Below, one piece after another: positions 1 to 7,792 of a stretch of 38,961 bases of DNA. The translations under genes and the position numbers were made by a program. The notes beneath the pieces are model-generated. The model saw only the letters and a list, made by a program, of their open reading frames with translations, ran no database searches and was not told where the DNA came from. Source of the stretch: a virus (lineage: Duplodnaviria > Caudoviricetes); the IMG/VR virus record IMGVR_UViG_3300038556_000008, positions 1-38,961 of that record; one strand, given 5' to 3'. How positions within the stretch are numbered: position 1 is the first letter of the stretch; each line of letters opens with the position of its first letter.

Positions 1-209
1 ACCTCCTTGCCTGTGACCTTGTTGATGCGCTTGTAGCCCACGGGCTGCATGTTGCGCTTGTCCAGCCAGTCGAAGTCGATGTCCGTGCTGGCCGTGGCTG
101 CATACAGGCCTATCGGGATGTGGACCAGGCCAAAGCTGATGGCCCCCTTCCACAGGCTGCGCGAGGAGACGGCCGGGGCCGTGCGGGGAGATGTGGCTTT
201 CCTGGTCAT
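1..209 (-). CDS. ku: Ku protein of bacterial NHEJ (N-terminal part; runs off the window)
   Basis: Manual translation from ATG at 209: MTRKATSPRTAPAVSSRSLWKGAISFGLVHIPIGLYAATASTDIDFDWLDKRNMQPVGYKRINKVTGKE, the classic Ku N-terminus (WKGxISFGLVxIP). ATG overlaps the ligD stop (ATGA). Confidence 0.95.
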   Translation of the reverse strand, partial: MTRKATSPRTAPAVSSRSLWKGAISFGLVHIPIGLYAATASTDIDFDWLDKRNMQPVGYKRINKVTGKE

Positions 210-1067
210 CGTTGTGCTTTCCTCGTTGGCGGCGCTTCGCGGGCCGGTGCCTCGAAGCCCAGCGCCTTCATGGCGCGGCCCAGGCTGGTGGCCGCCGTGC
301 CATAGTGCTCCCAGGGCGAGTTGCCCAGGCGCAGGCGCTGGTACACCGAGCGAATGGTCCAGTGCGCGCCGCCCGTGAGCCTGTCGAGCTCGTTCCAGCC
401 CACGGGCACGGAGATGCCCATGCCGGGCCGCGCACGCGCTGTCCACGCGCAGGCCGTGGTGGCGCCAAAGCCGTTGCGCAGGTAGTCCACGAAGATTTTT
501 CCCACGCGGTTGCGTGGCCCGCTCTTGGCCACGAAGCGCTGGGGCACGGTGCTGGCCAGGTGCTGGACCACGGCCTGGGAGAAGGCCTTGACCGTGTCCC
601 AGTCCAGCAGCCGCTTGATCGGCACGACCACATGCAGGCCCTTGCCGCCGCTGGTTTTGAGGAAGGCCGGCAGCTCCAGCTCCTGCAGCAGCACATGCAG
701 CAAGGTGGCCGCTTCCTGCACCTGCGTCCAGGGCACGCCCTCGCCGGGGTCCAGGTCGAAGGTCATGCGGTCGGGCCGGTCGATGCGGTCCCGGCGGGCA
801 TTCCAGGTGTGCCATTCGATGGTGTTCATCTGCGCGGCCGCCACCAGGCCTTCACGCCGCGCCACCTCCATCAGCGGCGCATGGCCGGGATCGAGTTCGG
901 GCGCCAGGGCGGCAATGCCCTGCAGCGGCGTCTGGTCCATGTGTTTCTGGAAGAACAGCTCGCCCTCGATGCCCTCCGGCGCGCGCACCATGGCCACGGG
1001 CCGGGCCTTGAGGTGGGTGATCATGAAGGGGGCCACCGTGGCGTAGTAGCGCGCCAGCTCCATCTTG
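206..1067 (-). pseudogene. ligD: ligD 3' fragment: primase-polymerase (POL) domain, separated from its 5' part by the prophage
   Basis: Motifs DRMTFDLDP, KTSGGKGLHV and KIFVDYLRN of LigD POL. Removing 1068..38041 restores the frame ...PSTGITK-MELARYY... Confidence 0.93.
1062..1067 (+). repeat. Left copy of 6-bp target site duplication ATCTTG
   Basis: Identical ATCTTG at 38036-38041, each copy directly abutting the TG/CA termini. Confidence 0.92.
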
Positions 1068-1110
1068 TGAACGGCAGTGAGATAAAGAAAGAGGGAGAGG
1101 TGCGATAAAT
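1068..1110 (+). repeat. Left end: terminal TGAA plus two putative transposase-binding motifs (GATAAA at 1081 and 1104, 23-bp period)
   Basis: Motifs start at offsets 14 and 37 from the end, mirroring the right end exactly. Confidence 0.8.
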
Positions 1111-1220
1111 CGGGAAAACCGGGGCAGAAATGGGAAGAGATGGGACGGCACTCTGCAAATCTATTTCCCACTACGAAACACGATGATGTCGGCGCTTCTG
1201 GCCCCTCTACGGGGCGACCG

Positions 1221-1766
1221 CTACTCGTCCAGCAAGTATGAACGCACCAGGTTGACGACGTTGTCTCGGCCGGCCTGGGACATGCCCAGGAATCGCCGAG
1301 CAGGGATGTCGCCCCAGGGGATCGGAAAGCTGCCATTGCGGCTTGCGTAGATCCCGAAACCGAGTTCGCCGGACTTGGCGCCGAAGTGGAACGTGCCGGC
1401 GTAGACCATAGGGCTACCGATGCCCACCGCGTCCTCCCCCTGCACCTGGTAGTTGATCGTTGTACCCAGCATGCGCGTCTCGCCAGTACCTGGCTTCTTG
1501 TTTGCGAGCTTGGCCTGGCTACCTTTGGTCAGCGTACCGTCTTTCTTGCGGGCGAAGAGCGCGCTGTACCGTGCCATCGTGACGGGCTTGTTGGGCGCCC
1601 AGGCATTGCCATCTGGATCGGTGGCCGTCGCAAAGCGCTGTTTCGTCTCCTGGGCCTGGTCTTCGCCGATTTCCTTGAGAACGGGCAGCAGGTTGCGGCT
1701 GCGTTCGACCAGGCCGTGCAGGTAGTCCAGACCGCTGCGGTCGGTCAGCGTGATGATTTGCGGCAT
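1221..1766 (-). CDS. Mu gpG-like virion morphogenesis protein
   Basis: RF...DPDGNAWAP, VGIGSPMVYAGTFHFG and IPARRFLG motifs; lies after MuF. Confidence 0.88.
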   Translation of the reverse strand: MPQIITLTDRSGLDYLHGLVERSRNLLPVLKEIGEDQAQETKQRFATATDPDGNAWAPNKPVTMARYSALFARKKDGTLTKGSQAKLANKKPGTGETRMLGTTINYQVQGEDAVGIGSPMVYAGTFHFGAKSGELGFGIYASRNGSFPIPWGDIPARRFLGMSQAGRDNVVNLVRSYLLDE

Positions 1767-1786
1767 TTCGGCCCCTTCGGTAAAAT
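1758..1786 (+). promoter_or_regulatory. Putative sigma70 promoter for the small RNA at 1793
   Basis: TTGCGG (1758-1763), 17-bp spacer, TAAAAT (1781-1786). The expected +1 near 1793 coincides with the first base of the closing stem. Confidence 0.65.
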
Positions 1787-1792
1787 CTCACT

Positions 1793-1873
1793 GCCTTGCA
1801 CAGCATCAACCCCCGGGTCTTCAAACCCGGTCTCGTCCTCGGACGTTCTAGGTTGGGGGGTGCAAGGCTTTTT
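1793..1873 (+). ncRNA. Putative ~80-nt structured small RNA convergent with the MuF-nuclease gene
   Basis: 9-bp closing stem GCCTTGCAC (1793-1801)/GTGCAAGGC (1860-1868) followed by T5. Inner stem CAACC/GGTTG encloses hairpins CCGGGT-CTTCAA-ACCCGG and CGTC-CTCG-GACG. Upstream promoter present. Confidence 0.62.
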
Positions 1874-3060
1874 CATTGGCCGGTCTTGATCACCAAGCTG
1901 GTGAGCGACAGCGAGCGATTGCGCCGCCCCGACAGCACCTCCCATACAGCCCGGAACACCTCACCGTTGATCGTCTTGGTCGCCACCAGCGTGGCATTGC
2001 CGTGGCGTGAAGGGTTTCCAGCCCGCAACTGGTCGGGCTCGTTGAGCACGCTCTCAAGCAGCGCGAAATCCTCCGGCGACGCCGGGCGCTGTCCAGCGCC
2101 GTCGAAGCCATGCGATGACTGCACATGACGTGGTGCATCAGCTGGCAGCAGCGCTGTGTAGCCCCGGGCATCCACACCGATCAAGGGCGCGATCGCGTCG
2201 GGCTTTTCCACGAATCCCAGCCACAGGGGGTCTCGGCGCTGGCGATCACCCAGCACCTCGCGCACAAAGTCGGGCACCAGCTGCTCGGCATTGATGTAGC
2301 GATTGACGTCGCGCGACAGCGCCGTACTGATCGCAGGGGGGTAGTTGATCAGCTTGTCTTGCACGAAGCTGCGTAAATCGTCGTTGACCCGTGCGCCAGG
2401 CGCGTAGTCCCACCCTTCATCAATGCCCGCAGGGGCACCCGTGGCCGCATCGATGTCATCCCATCCGTCGGGCGGCTCGGTCGCATCGTCTGGGCCAGGT
2501 GTGGCAGCCGCAACCACGCTGCACTGGCAGCCCCAGCCGTTGGGGCCGAAATGCGTGTCCCAGAACGGGTGGTCATATCGGAGCGTGAGACGAATGTCAC
2601 CCCAGTGCTTATGCAGCGGCCGGGGATGTGACACGCTGTCGTTGTGCACATAGCGCCAGTAGGGCCGGCGCTTAAGTAGGTCGGGGTCCAGCAGCTGCGC
2701 GCGCCGGCCGGCTGCATAGGAGGCCGTGATGTTGGTGCGGTAGATCACCCGCGTGCGCCAAGCCTCGCCTGCCGCGCTGCCCTGGCCGGTCCAGCCGGTC
2801 CATCCGTGCTTGGCCACGATCTCTGCAAAAGTCTTGCGGAACTCTCCAATGGAGCCACCCTGCACGGCCTGCTCCACCGCAGTACGCAGATCTGCGAGCA
2901 GATCGGCTTTCATTGCGCCGGCCACCATGAACGCCCGATCGTGCGCCGCGCGCTGGATGTCGCGCCATGTTTCGCTGGGCAGGTTCAGCTTTTTGCGCAG
3001 GAAATCGATCTGCTCCGCGAACTGCTGGCGCACGCCGTCGACGGTGTTGTCATCAGGCAC
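1873..3060 (-). CDS. MuF (gpF-like) head morphogenesis protein with C-terminal putative BECR-fold (PBECR-like) RNase domain
   Basis: MuF motifs RAFMVAG, IYRTN, PRPLHKHW, PNGWGCQC and GWDYAPG. Extra ~130-aa C-terminal domain (RHVQSSHG...PEDF...LNEPD...KTING...VWEV...LSLTSLVIK). Likely GTG start at 3060 overlapping the portal stop. Confidence 0.85.
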   Translation of the reverse strand: MPDDNTVDGVRQQFAEQIDFLRKKLNLPSETWRDIQRAAHDRAFMVAGAMKADLLADLRTAVEQAVQGGSIGEFRKTFAEIVAKHGWTGWTGQGSAAGEAWRTRVIYRTNITASYAAGRRAQLLDPDLLKRRPYWRYVHNDSVSHPRPLHKHWGDIRLTLRYDHPFWDTHFGPNGWGCQCSVVAAATPGPDDATEPPDGWDDIDAATGAPAGIDEGWDYAPGARVNDDLRSFVQDKLINYPPAISTALSRDVNRYINAEQLVPDFVREVLGDRQRRDPLWLGFVEKPDAIAPLIGVDARGYTALLPADAPRHVQSSHGFDGAGQRPASPEDFALLESVLNEPDQLRAGNPSRHGNATLVATKTINGEVFRAVWEVLSGRRNRSLSLTSLVIKTGQ

Positions 3061-4549
3061 GGGCGCTCTCCTGTTCGACCTTGTCACGCCCCTGCAGGTG
3101 CGCCAGCTCAAACGCCATGCCCATCAGCTCGGTCAGCTCCTGCGTGGGCAGATCGCTATAGGCATCGAGCAGCGCCTTCTGCAGGGCCTGGGGGTCGCTG
3201 TGCGTATTGACCAGGCCGTGCAACTGCGCCACCCAGCCGGCCACGGTTGGTGCCGTCCCGGTGCCCAGCGTTTGCGCGGAATCAGGCGGGACTGTGCCTG
3301 CTGCTTCGGCAAACTCGGCTGGTGTGTTGACCGTTGCAGGGGGCTGGTCGGCCACAGCCTCCTCAATGTCGCCATCCTGGAGCCTGTAGGTGCGCTTCCA
3401 ATAGGCCGGTTTGAACTTCACACCCGATTCGGTGAGTGACTTGTCCCGCGCAGCCTGCGCTTGATTGACTTCCTCCTCCTCGTACAGCTCCACCTTGGGC
3501 GCCGGAGCCTGGGGGCCTTCGTTGAGGTCTACCACCCAACGCAGCATCTGGTTGAGCGTGGCCTCGACCATGCGTGCATCGCCGTCGCGGATTTCGGCCG
3601 CGACTTCCAGACCGGCCACCGCGCTGGCGCGCGTTGAGCTGGCTTCGGTGCTCTGGTTTTGCCCGAGCAGCGCGATCGACACCTCGGAGCGGCAGAACAT
3701 CAGCAGCTCCTTGTAGAGGTCGGTGCTGCCCGCGCGATCTCCGGCCTCCAGGGTGTCCACGCTCGCGTCGTCAGGGATCACCGCGACGGCGTCCTGGATC
3801 ATGGATTCCAGACTGTCGAGCAGCTCGTCATTCTGGTGTTTGGGCGTGCCGCGCGGAGTTTTCGCAACCAGCCAAGGCGTGCCGTATTTCTCGGTGAAGG
3901 TCACCCAGAACTTGAGGCCTCCGCGCTTGAAGACCGTGGGCCAAAAGCACATGGACAGGTCCGCAAAACCATAAGGGTTGGCGTAGCTCGCCTCCTGGCG
4001 CGCCAGCAGGAATTTACGGGCCGGCAGTTCCTCGCCGGTCATGGGCTGCTGGCGGCTACGAAACCGCAGCTGTGCCTCCTGGTCGAACATGAACCACTCG
4101 CCCGGCTTTCCCACCACCGACAAAGGCGCCAGGGCACCGCCAAGCATCCCCCAATTGAGCTCCAGCGGCTGCCAGCCGTACAAGACTGCGTCCAAAACCT
4201 CATTGAGCAGCGTATCGGTGTCAAGGCTGCTGAAGATGTCGCGGGCCAGTCGAGTGGACCGGGCGCTGGCCTTTTCGCGGTTCACTCGCAGCTCAAGGTT
4301 CTTGACTGCTGCCTTGCGGCGCCGGATGCAGCCGCCCACATGGGCGTCGCTGCGCAGGTCGCGGTACACGCTAATGTCCTTGCCCTGCCTCTTGAGGATC
4401 GGGTCGGGGTTGGGCAGCAAAAAGCCCAGGCCGAACAGATCGCCCGAGCGGGCGCGCGTCGCGATCTCATCGACCAACGGTGCAGTAGGTTTTTTCGCCT
4501 CGGCAAACGAGACGAATTCGGTGGGAGAAACGTAGATTCCGCGAGTCAT
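3053..4549 (-). CDS. Portal protein (Mu gp29/DUF935-like)
   Basis: PNPDPILK, DAHVGGCIRRRK, NPYG, FTEKYGTP and IALLGQNQST motifs; follows the terminase. Confidence 0.92.
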   Translation of the reverse strand: MTRGIYVSPTEFVSFAEAKKPTAPLVDEIATRARSGDLFGLGFLLPNPDPILKRQGKDISVYRDLRSDAHVGGCIRRRKAAVKNLELRVNREKASARSTRLARDIFSSLDTDTLLNEVLDAVLYGWQPLELNWGMLGGALAPLSVVGKPGEWFMFDQEAQLRFRSRQQPMTGEELPARKFLLARQEASYANPYGFADLSMCFWPTVFKRGGLKFWVTFTEKYGTPWLVAKTPRGTPKHQNDELLDSLESMIQDAVAVIPDDASVDTLEAGDRAGSTDLYKELLMFCRSEVSIALLGQNQSTEASSTRASAVAGLEVAAEIRDGDARMVEATLNQMLRWVVDLNEGPQAPAPKVELYEEEEVNQAQAARDKSLTESGVKFKPAYWKRTYRLQDGDIEEAVADQPPATVNTPAEFAEAAGTVPPDSAQTLGTGTAPTVAGWVAQLHGLVNTHSDPQALQKALLDAYSDLPTQELTELMGMAFELAHLQGRDKVEQESARA

Positions 4550-6019
4550 TTAGTAGCCTTCCAGGGACGCATCGAGGCGGCTGCCGCGCGGGCGGCTGCT
4601 GACGTGCACAGGCCCCCACTGCATGCGTGCGGCGGCATGCGAATAAATACAGGCCATGGTCGAGTCGCCATGGCTGCCATCGGTGGTTTTGCCTTCGGGC
4701 ATGCGCGGCACACCCCGCACAAGCCGGATGGCCCGGTGGCCTTGCAGCAGGCCGTCATGTTGGGGAATCCACAGCGTGCCGTCCTCCAGTGCGGCCTTGT
4801 ACGCCGGCATGTTGTCGCGGTACCAGCCTTCGGTCGGCATCAGTCGGTGCACCAACGAGCCATATTTGTCATGCGCTGCCTCGCCGACATAGCTGCCGTT
4901 GCCTCTGCTGTCGATCACCATGCCGCTCTTTCGAGGCAGTACATCGCCGATGGCGAAAAGCACCTGCAGCTGCTGGTTGTAGGGCACGTTTTTCATTTCC
5001 ACGAGGAAAGGAATGCGCTGGTGCAGATTGGTGGCGACCTCGTTGGGCGCGATCGACGACAAGTCGCCAGTGCGTGCGAAGTCCATGCCCAGGGCATGGC
5101 GCAGGCCCGGGTCGAACTTCAGCAGCGGCTGCAGCTTCTCGACAATCCAGTCCTGCATGACCCGCGCACGCAGATCGGGCGTGGCGTTGTTGAAATCCTG
5201 CGTGCCGTTGAAGCGGATCACCGGGTAGGGGCGCATGCGGCTTTCGACCAGGGCGCGCGTAAGCCAAGAGCCGCCGCCCTGGGCTGGAATGCAGAACAGC
5301 TCCTCGTCTTCGTTCGGCCGGTAGCGGTCGATTGTGGCCTTGCGCCAAGCAGCCTCCGCCTCGGGCGACCACACGCGCCCCGTGACGGCCGAGATCTTCC
5401 GGTACAGGCCATCGCGTAGCGCATCGTCCAGCGTGACACGGTGCAGGCTGTAGTCGTAGCGGCCCGCGCGCACGTCGTTGATCAGCTCGGCAAACGGGTT
5501 GTCCGCGCCATCGTGCGTACTGATGATGCGGATCTGCCCGCCCCACATCGTCATGGCCATGGCCGCCTTCAGCAGCTCCTGGATATCGTCCACGAAAGCC
5601 GCCTCATCGATCACCAGGCGCTCTCCAGGCCGGCCCTTGGAGCGCAGGTTGCGCGGGTTGCTGGTGAAGGCCTGGATCATGTGACCGGAGTCGAATTTGA
5701 TCGTGTACGTGAGGATCTGCTTGTCCTCGACTTCTATCAGCGACTCTTCAATCTGGCCCGCAGCCGCATTGAACGCCTTGGCCCAGGTCGCGCAGTCGTT
5801 GATGAAGCCGGCCGTCATGTCCTTGTTGTAGGAGATGTAGTAGACGTTCGCCCCCTCGGCGCTGGCGGCATAAAGCACGTCGTCTGCGGCTTCGGCGTAG
5901 CTGATGCCGATGCGGCGCGACTTCTCAATGATCTTGACGGGCGACTGGTCCTTGATCCAGTCCACCTGGTACTGCATCAGAATGCCCGAGGCCTTTGCGA
6001 CGGCGGTCTGCTCCATCAC
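4550..6019 (-). CDS. terL: Terminase large subunit (Mu gp28-like)
   Basis: YQ...EKSRRIGISY (Walker A-like), LVIDEAAF (Walker B), IISTH, nuclease motifs GMDFARTGD and HGD. Confidence 0.93.
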   Translation of the reverse strand: MMEQTAVAKASGILMQYQVDWIKDQSPVKIIEKSRRIGISYAEAADDVLYAASAEGANVYYISYNKDMTAGFINDCATWAKAFNAAAGQIEESLIEVEDKQILTYTIKFDSGHMIQAFTSNPRNLRSKGRPGERLVIDEAAFVDDIQELLKAAMAMTMWGGQIRIISTHDGADNPFAELINDVRAGRYDYSLHRVTLDDALRDGLYRKISAVTGRVWSPEAEAAWRKATIDRYRPNEDEELFCIPAQGGGSWLTRALVESRMRPYPVIRFNGTQDFNNATPDLRARVMQDWIVEKLQPLLKFDPGLRHALGMDFARTGDLSSIAPNEVATNLHQRIPFLVEMKNVPYNQQLQVLFAIGDVLPRKSGMVIDSRGNGSYVGEAAHDKYGSLVHRLMPTEGWYRDNMPAYKAALEDGTLWIPQHDGLLQGHRAIRLVRGVPRMPEGKTTDGSHGDSTMACIYSHAAARMQWGPVHVSSRPRGSRLDASLEGY

Positions 6020-6561
6020 AGGGCTCCCATGATCGCCTCGCGCAGCGCAGCGACGCCATTGGCGGACAGGCCCTGCTGCTTCGCCGACTCCGCTGCCTTC
6101 TGGCTCGCATCCTCCAGCGCCTTGCGGCGTGCGGCAGCCTCTATGGCGGCACGGGCCTCCAGGCTGAATTTCTTGTTCGCCGCGCTGGCTTTGCCGATCT
6201 CGGCGGCGTTCTTGAACAACTTGTTGACGTCGACATCCTCGGCGTCAATATCCAGGTCCATCAACAAATTGAGGATCTTCTCCTGTGTGATGCGAATGAC
6301 GGCCGAGCTCAGTTTGTCCTCATCGTCAGGCGCGGCGTCGACCAACGCGCAGGCCTGCTCCGTGGCCATCTTCACCCTCGCCATGGCACGCTCGAAGGGT
6401 GAGCCATAGCGCTGCAGGGCGGATTTGGAGATGTCTGCGCCGCGCGCCTTCAGGTCGGCCGCGAGCTGCACATAGTCGCCAAAGCCGCGCTTGACCAGCT
6501 CGGAATCCAGCCACTCCTTGAGCTCGGGCGGCAATCCATGGACTTTGCTGCGAGGGGGCAT
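6016..6561 (-). CDS. Terminase small subunit (Mu gp27/DUF3486-like)
   Basis: MPPRSKVHGLPPELKEWL...ISKSALQRYG N-terminus; directly upstream of terL. Confidence 0.85.
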   Translation of the reverse strand: MPPRSKVHGLPPELKEWLDSELVKRGFGDYVQLAADLKARGADISKSALQRYGSPFERAMARVKMATEQACALVDAAPDDEDKLSSAVIRITQEKILNLLMDLDIDAEDVDVNKLFKNAAEIGKASAANKKFSLEARAAIEAAARRKALEDASQKAAESAKQQGLSANGVAALREAIMGAL

Positions 6562-6562
6562 G

Positions 6563-6874
6563 TCAAACCTGCGTGATCTTGGGCCGAGCGATACCGGGCT
6601 GGGCGTCGATCGTGTACTCGACAAAATCGATGCCGGTGCGTGTCAGGTCTACGCTCCAGCGGTCCATCGGGTCCTTGGCGATGCCGACCATCTCGCGGGC
6701 TTCCAGATAGTCGAGGTTGACGCGCACCTCCTGGTGCGTGGCGTCTGGATAGACGGCACGGATGATGGCGAGCAGCGGCTCGGTATAGATGCCGGCAGGC
6801 CGGCTCAGGTTAACGGCGGACAGAAGATGCCAGCGGATCTCCTCACGACGGATTTTGGCCAGGTCGATGCTCAC
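6563..6874 (-). CDS. Mu gp26-like winged-helix protein
   Basis: R..IL..L...LDYLEAR...LTRTGIDFVE...PGIARP pattern; conserved position before TerS. Confidence 0.75.
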   Translation of the reverse strand: MSIDLAKIRREEIRWHLLSAVNLSRPAGIYTEPLLAIIRAVYPDATHQEVRVNLDYLEAREMVGIAKDPMDRWSVDLTRTGIDFVEYTIDAQPGIARPKITQV

Positions 6875-7221
6875 TTATTCCCCCCTTTCAGAATCTGTTC
6901 CAGGTAGCGCTCCATACGCAGCGCGAAGTTGTCGATGCGCGCTTCGATGATCCCGATGTGCCTCACGAAGTCCTCCCGAAGCACGTAGTCGCGTGCTACA
7001 TCGGCCTGGTGCTTGCGGAACTCCCGCTCCAGTTGCTGGGTCGCCTTGTCCGTGTCCCTTTGCGCGGAAAGCATCGACTCCATGGTTTTTCCCAGGGCAT
7101 CGAATCGCTCCGCAAGGCGGCGCTCCTGCTGGCCGCTGATCACCTTCATCAGCGCCCACAGGGCGGCAACGAAGAGGGCCAGCACCGTGATCACGTTTCC
7201 CAGCGTCAACTCAAAAACCAT
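6871..7221 (-). CDS. Mu gp25-like protein with N-terminal transmembrane helix and coiled coil
   Basis: Hydrophobic segment VITVLALFVAALWALM, then YVLREDF motif; lies between the spanins and gp26. Confidence 0.7.
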   Translation of the reverse strand: MVFELTLGNVITVLALFVAALWALMKVISGQQERRLAERFDALGKTMESMLSAQRDTDKATQQLEREFRKHQADVARDYVLREDFVRHIGIIEARIDNFALRMERYLEQILKGGNK

Positions 7222-7792
7222 CTGTGCCTCGCTGCGTTGTTGTGCCAGCGTCTTGGAGGACGCCCACGAAATCCTGCAAGCCTCTCACCTGGACGGCGAG
7301 TCCATCAGCGACTGCTGCCACTGCTGTGTATCGGCTGCTGCACTGTCCGAGTGCGTTGCGGGCGGCGGTGGCAGCATCAACGTCGGCGGCGGTGCAGGCA
7401 CTCGCGGCGCTGCTGGACAAGCGGGCGGCAGCGTCGGCATTGAGCTGGGCGATAGAGGTGTGCAGGCTGCGATTGCGAGCATCGGCAGCAGACACAGCAG
7501 TGCGAAGCGTGGCCTCGCGGTTGGCTTGTTCATGGGCAATCCTTTCGGCTTCTCGTTGCTTGGCTTGCTCCTGCTCGCGTGCCTGGCGCTCCCGCAGCGC
7601 GTGCTCCAATGTCGCCTTGGCTTCGGCTTTGGCCTGGGCCTGCTCACGCTTCAGGTCGGCGGCCACCCATTGGCCTTTCACGCGCTGTTCTCCCTGGGCA
7701 TTGCCGAGGGCGACCAGGTGTGCATTCCAGGCGCGCAGGCCCAGCACGGCGGCCATCACCAGGACGGCAGTAATCCAGATCCGCGCACTCAT
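7211..7792 (-). CDS. Rz-like inner-membrane spanin
   Basis: N-terminal TM segment (MSARIWITAVLVMAAVLGL) followed by Ala/Gln/Glu-rich coiled coil; directly after the endolysin. Confidence 0.8.
   Translation of the reverse strand: MSARIWITAVLVMAAVLGLRAWNAHLVALGNAQGEQRVKGQWVAADLKREQAQAKAEAKATLEHALRERQAREQEQAKQREAERIAHEQANREATLRTAVSAADARNRSLHTSIAQLNADAAARLSSSAASACTAADVDAATAARNALGQCSSRYTAVAAVADGLAVQVRGLQDFVGVLQDAGTTTQRGTDGF
7285..7533 (-). CDS. Rz1-like outer-membrane lipoprotein spanin embedded in Rz in another frame (82 aa)
   Basis: MNKPTARPRFALLCLLPMLAIAA-C lipoprotein signal with lipobox, Pro-rich mature part, C-terminal QQWQQSL helix. Confidence 0.78.
   Translation of the reverse strand: MNKPTARPRFALLCLLPMLAIAACTPLSPSSMPTLPPACPAAPRVPAPPPTLMLPPPPATHSDSAAADTQQWQQSLMDSPSR

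Noticed and set aside
1062-1066. Mu-type 5-bp duplication ATCTT
   Set aside because: It would make the left end start with GT. The 6-bp reading gives TGAA at both ends and identical motif offsets.
1793-1868. Canonical tRNA gene
   Set aside because: tRNA-sized, but it has no proper D-arm, no GTTC T-loop in position and no CCA end, and the anticodon-like loop is 6 nt.
1745-1945. 66-aa minus-strand ORF (or its 43-aa MKKPCTP... version) as the MuF immunity protein
   Set aside because: Overlaps both neighbours, has no clear RBS, and has a disordered-looking composition. The interval is better explained by the opposite-strand promoter-stem-T-tract unit. Not formally excluded without ribosome profiling.
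3659-5419. 586-aa plus-strand ORF
   Set aside because: Antisense shadow of portal/terL in GC-rich DNA; no recognisable motifs.
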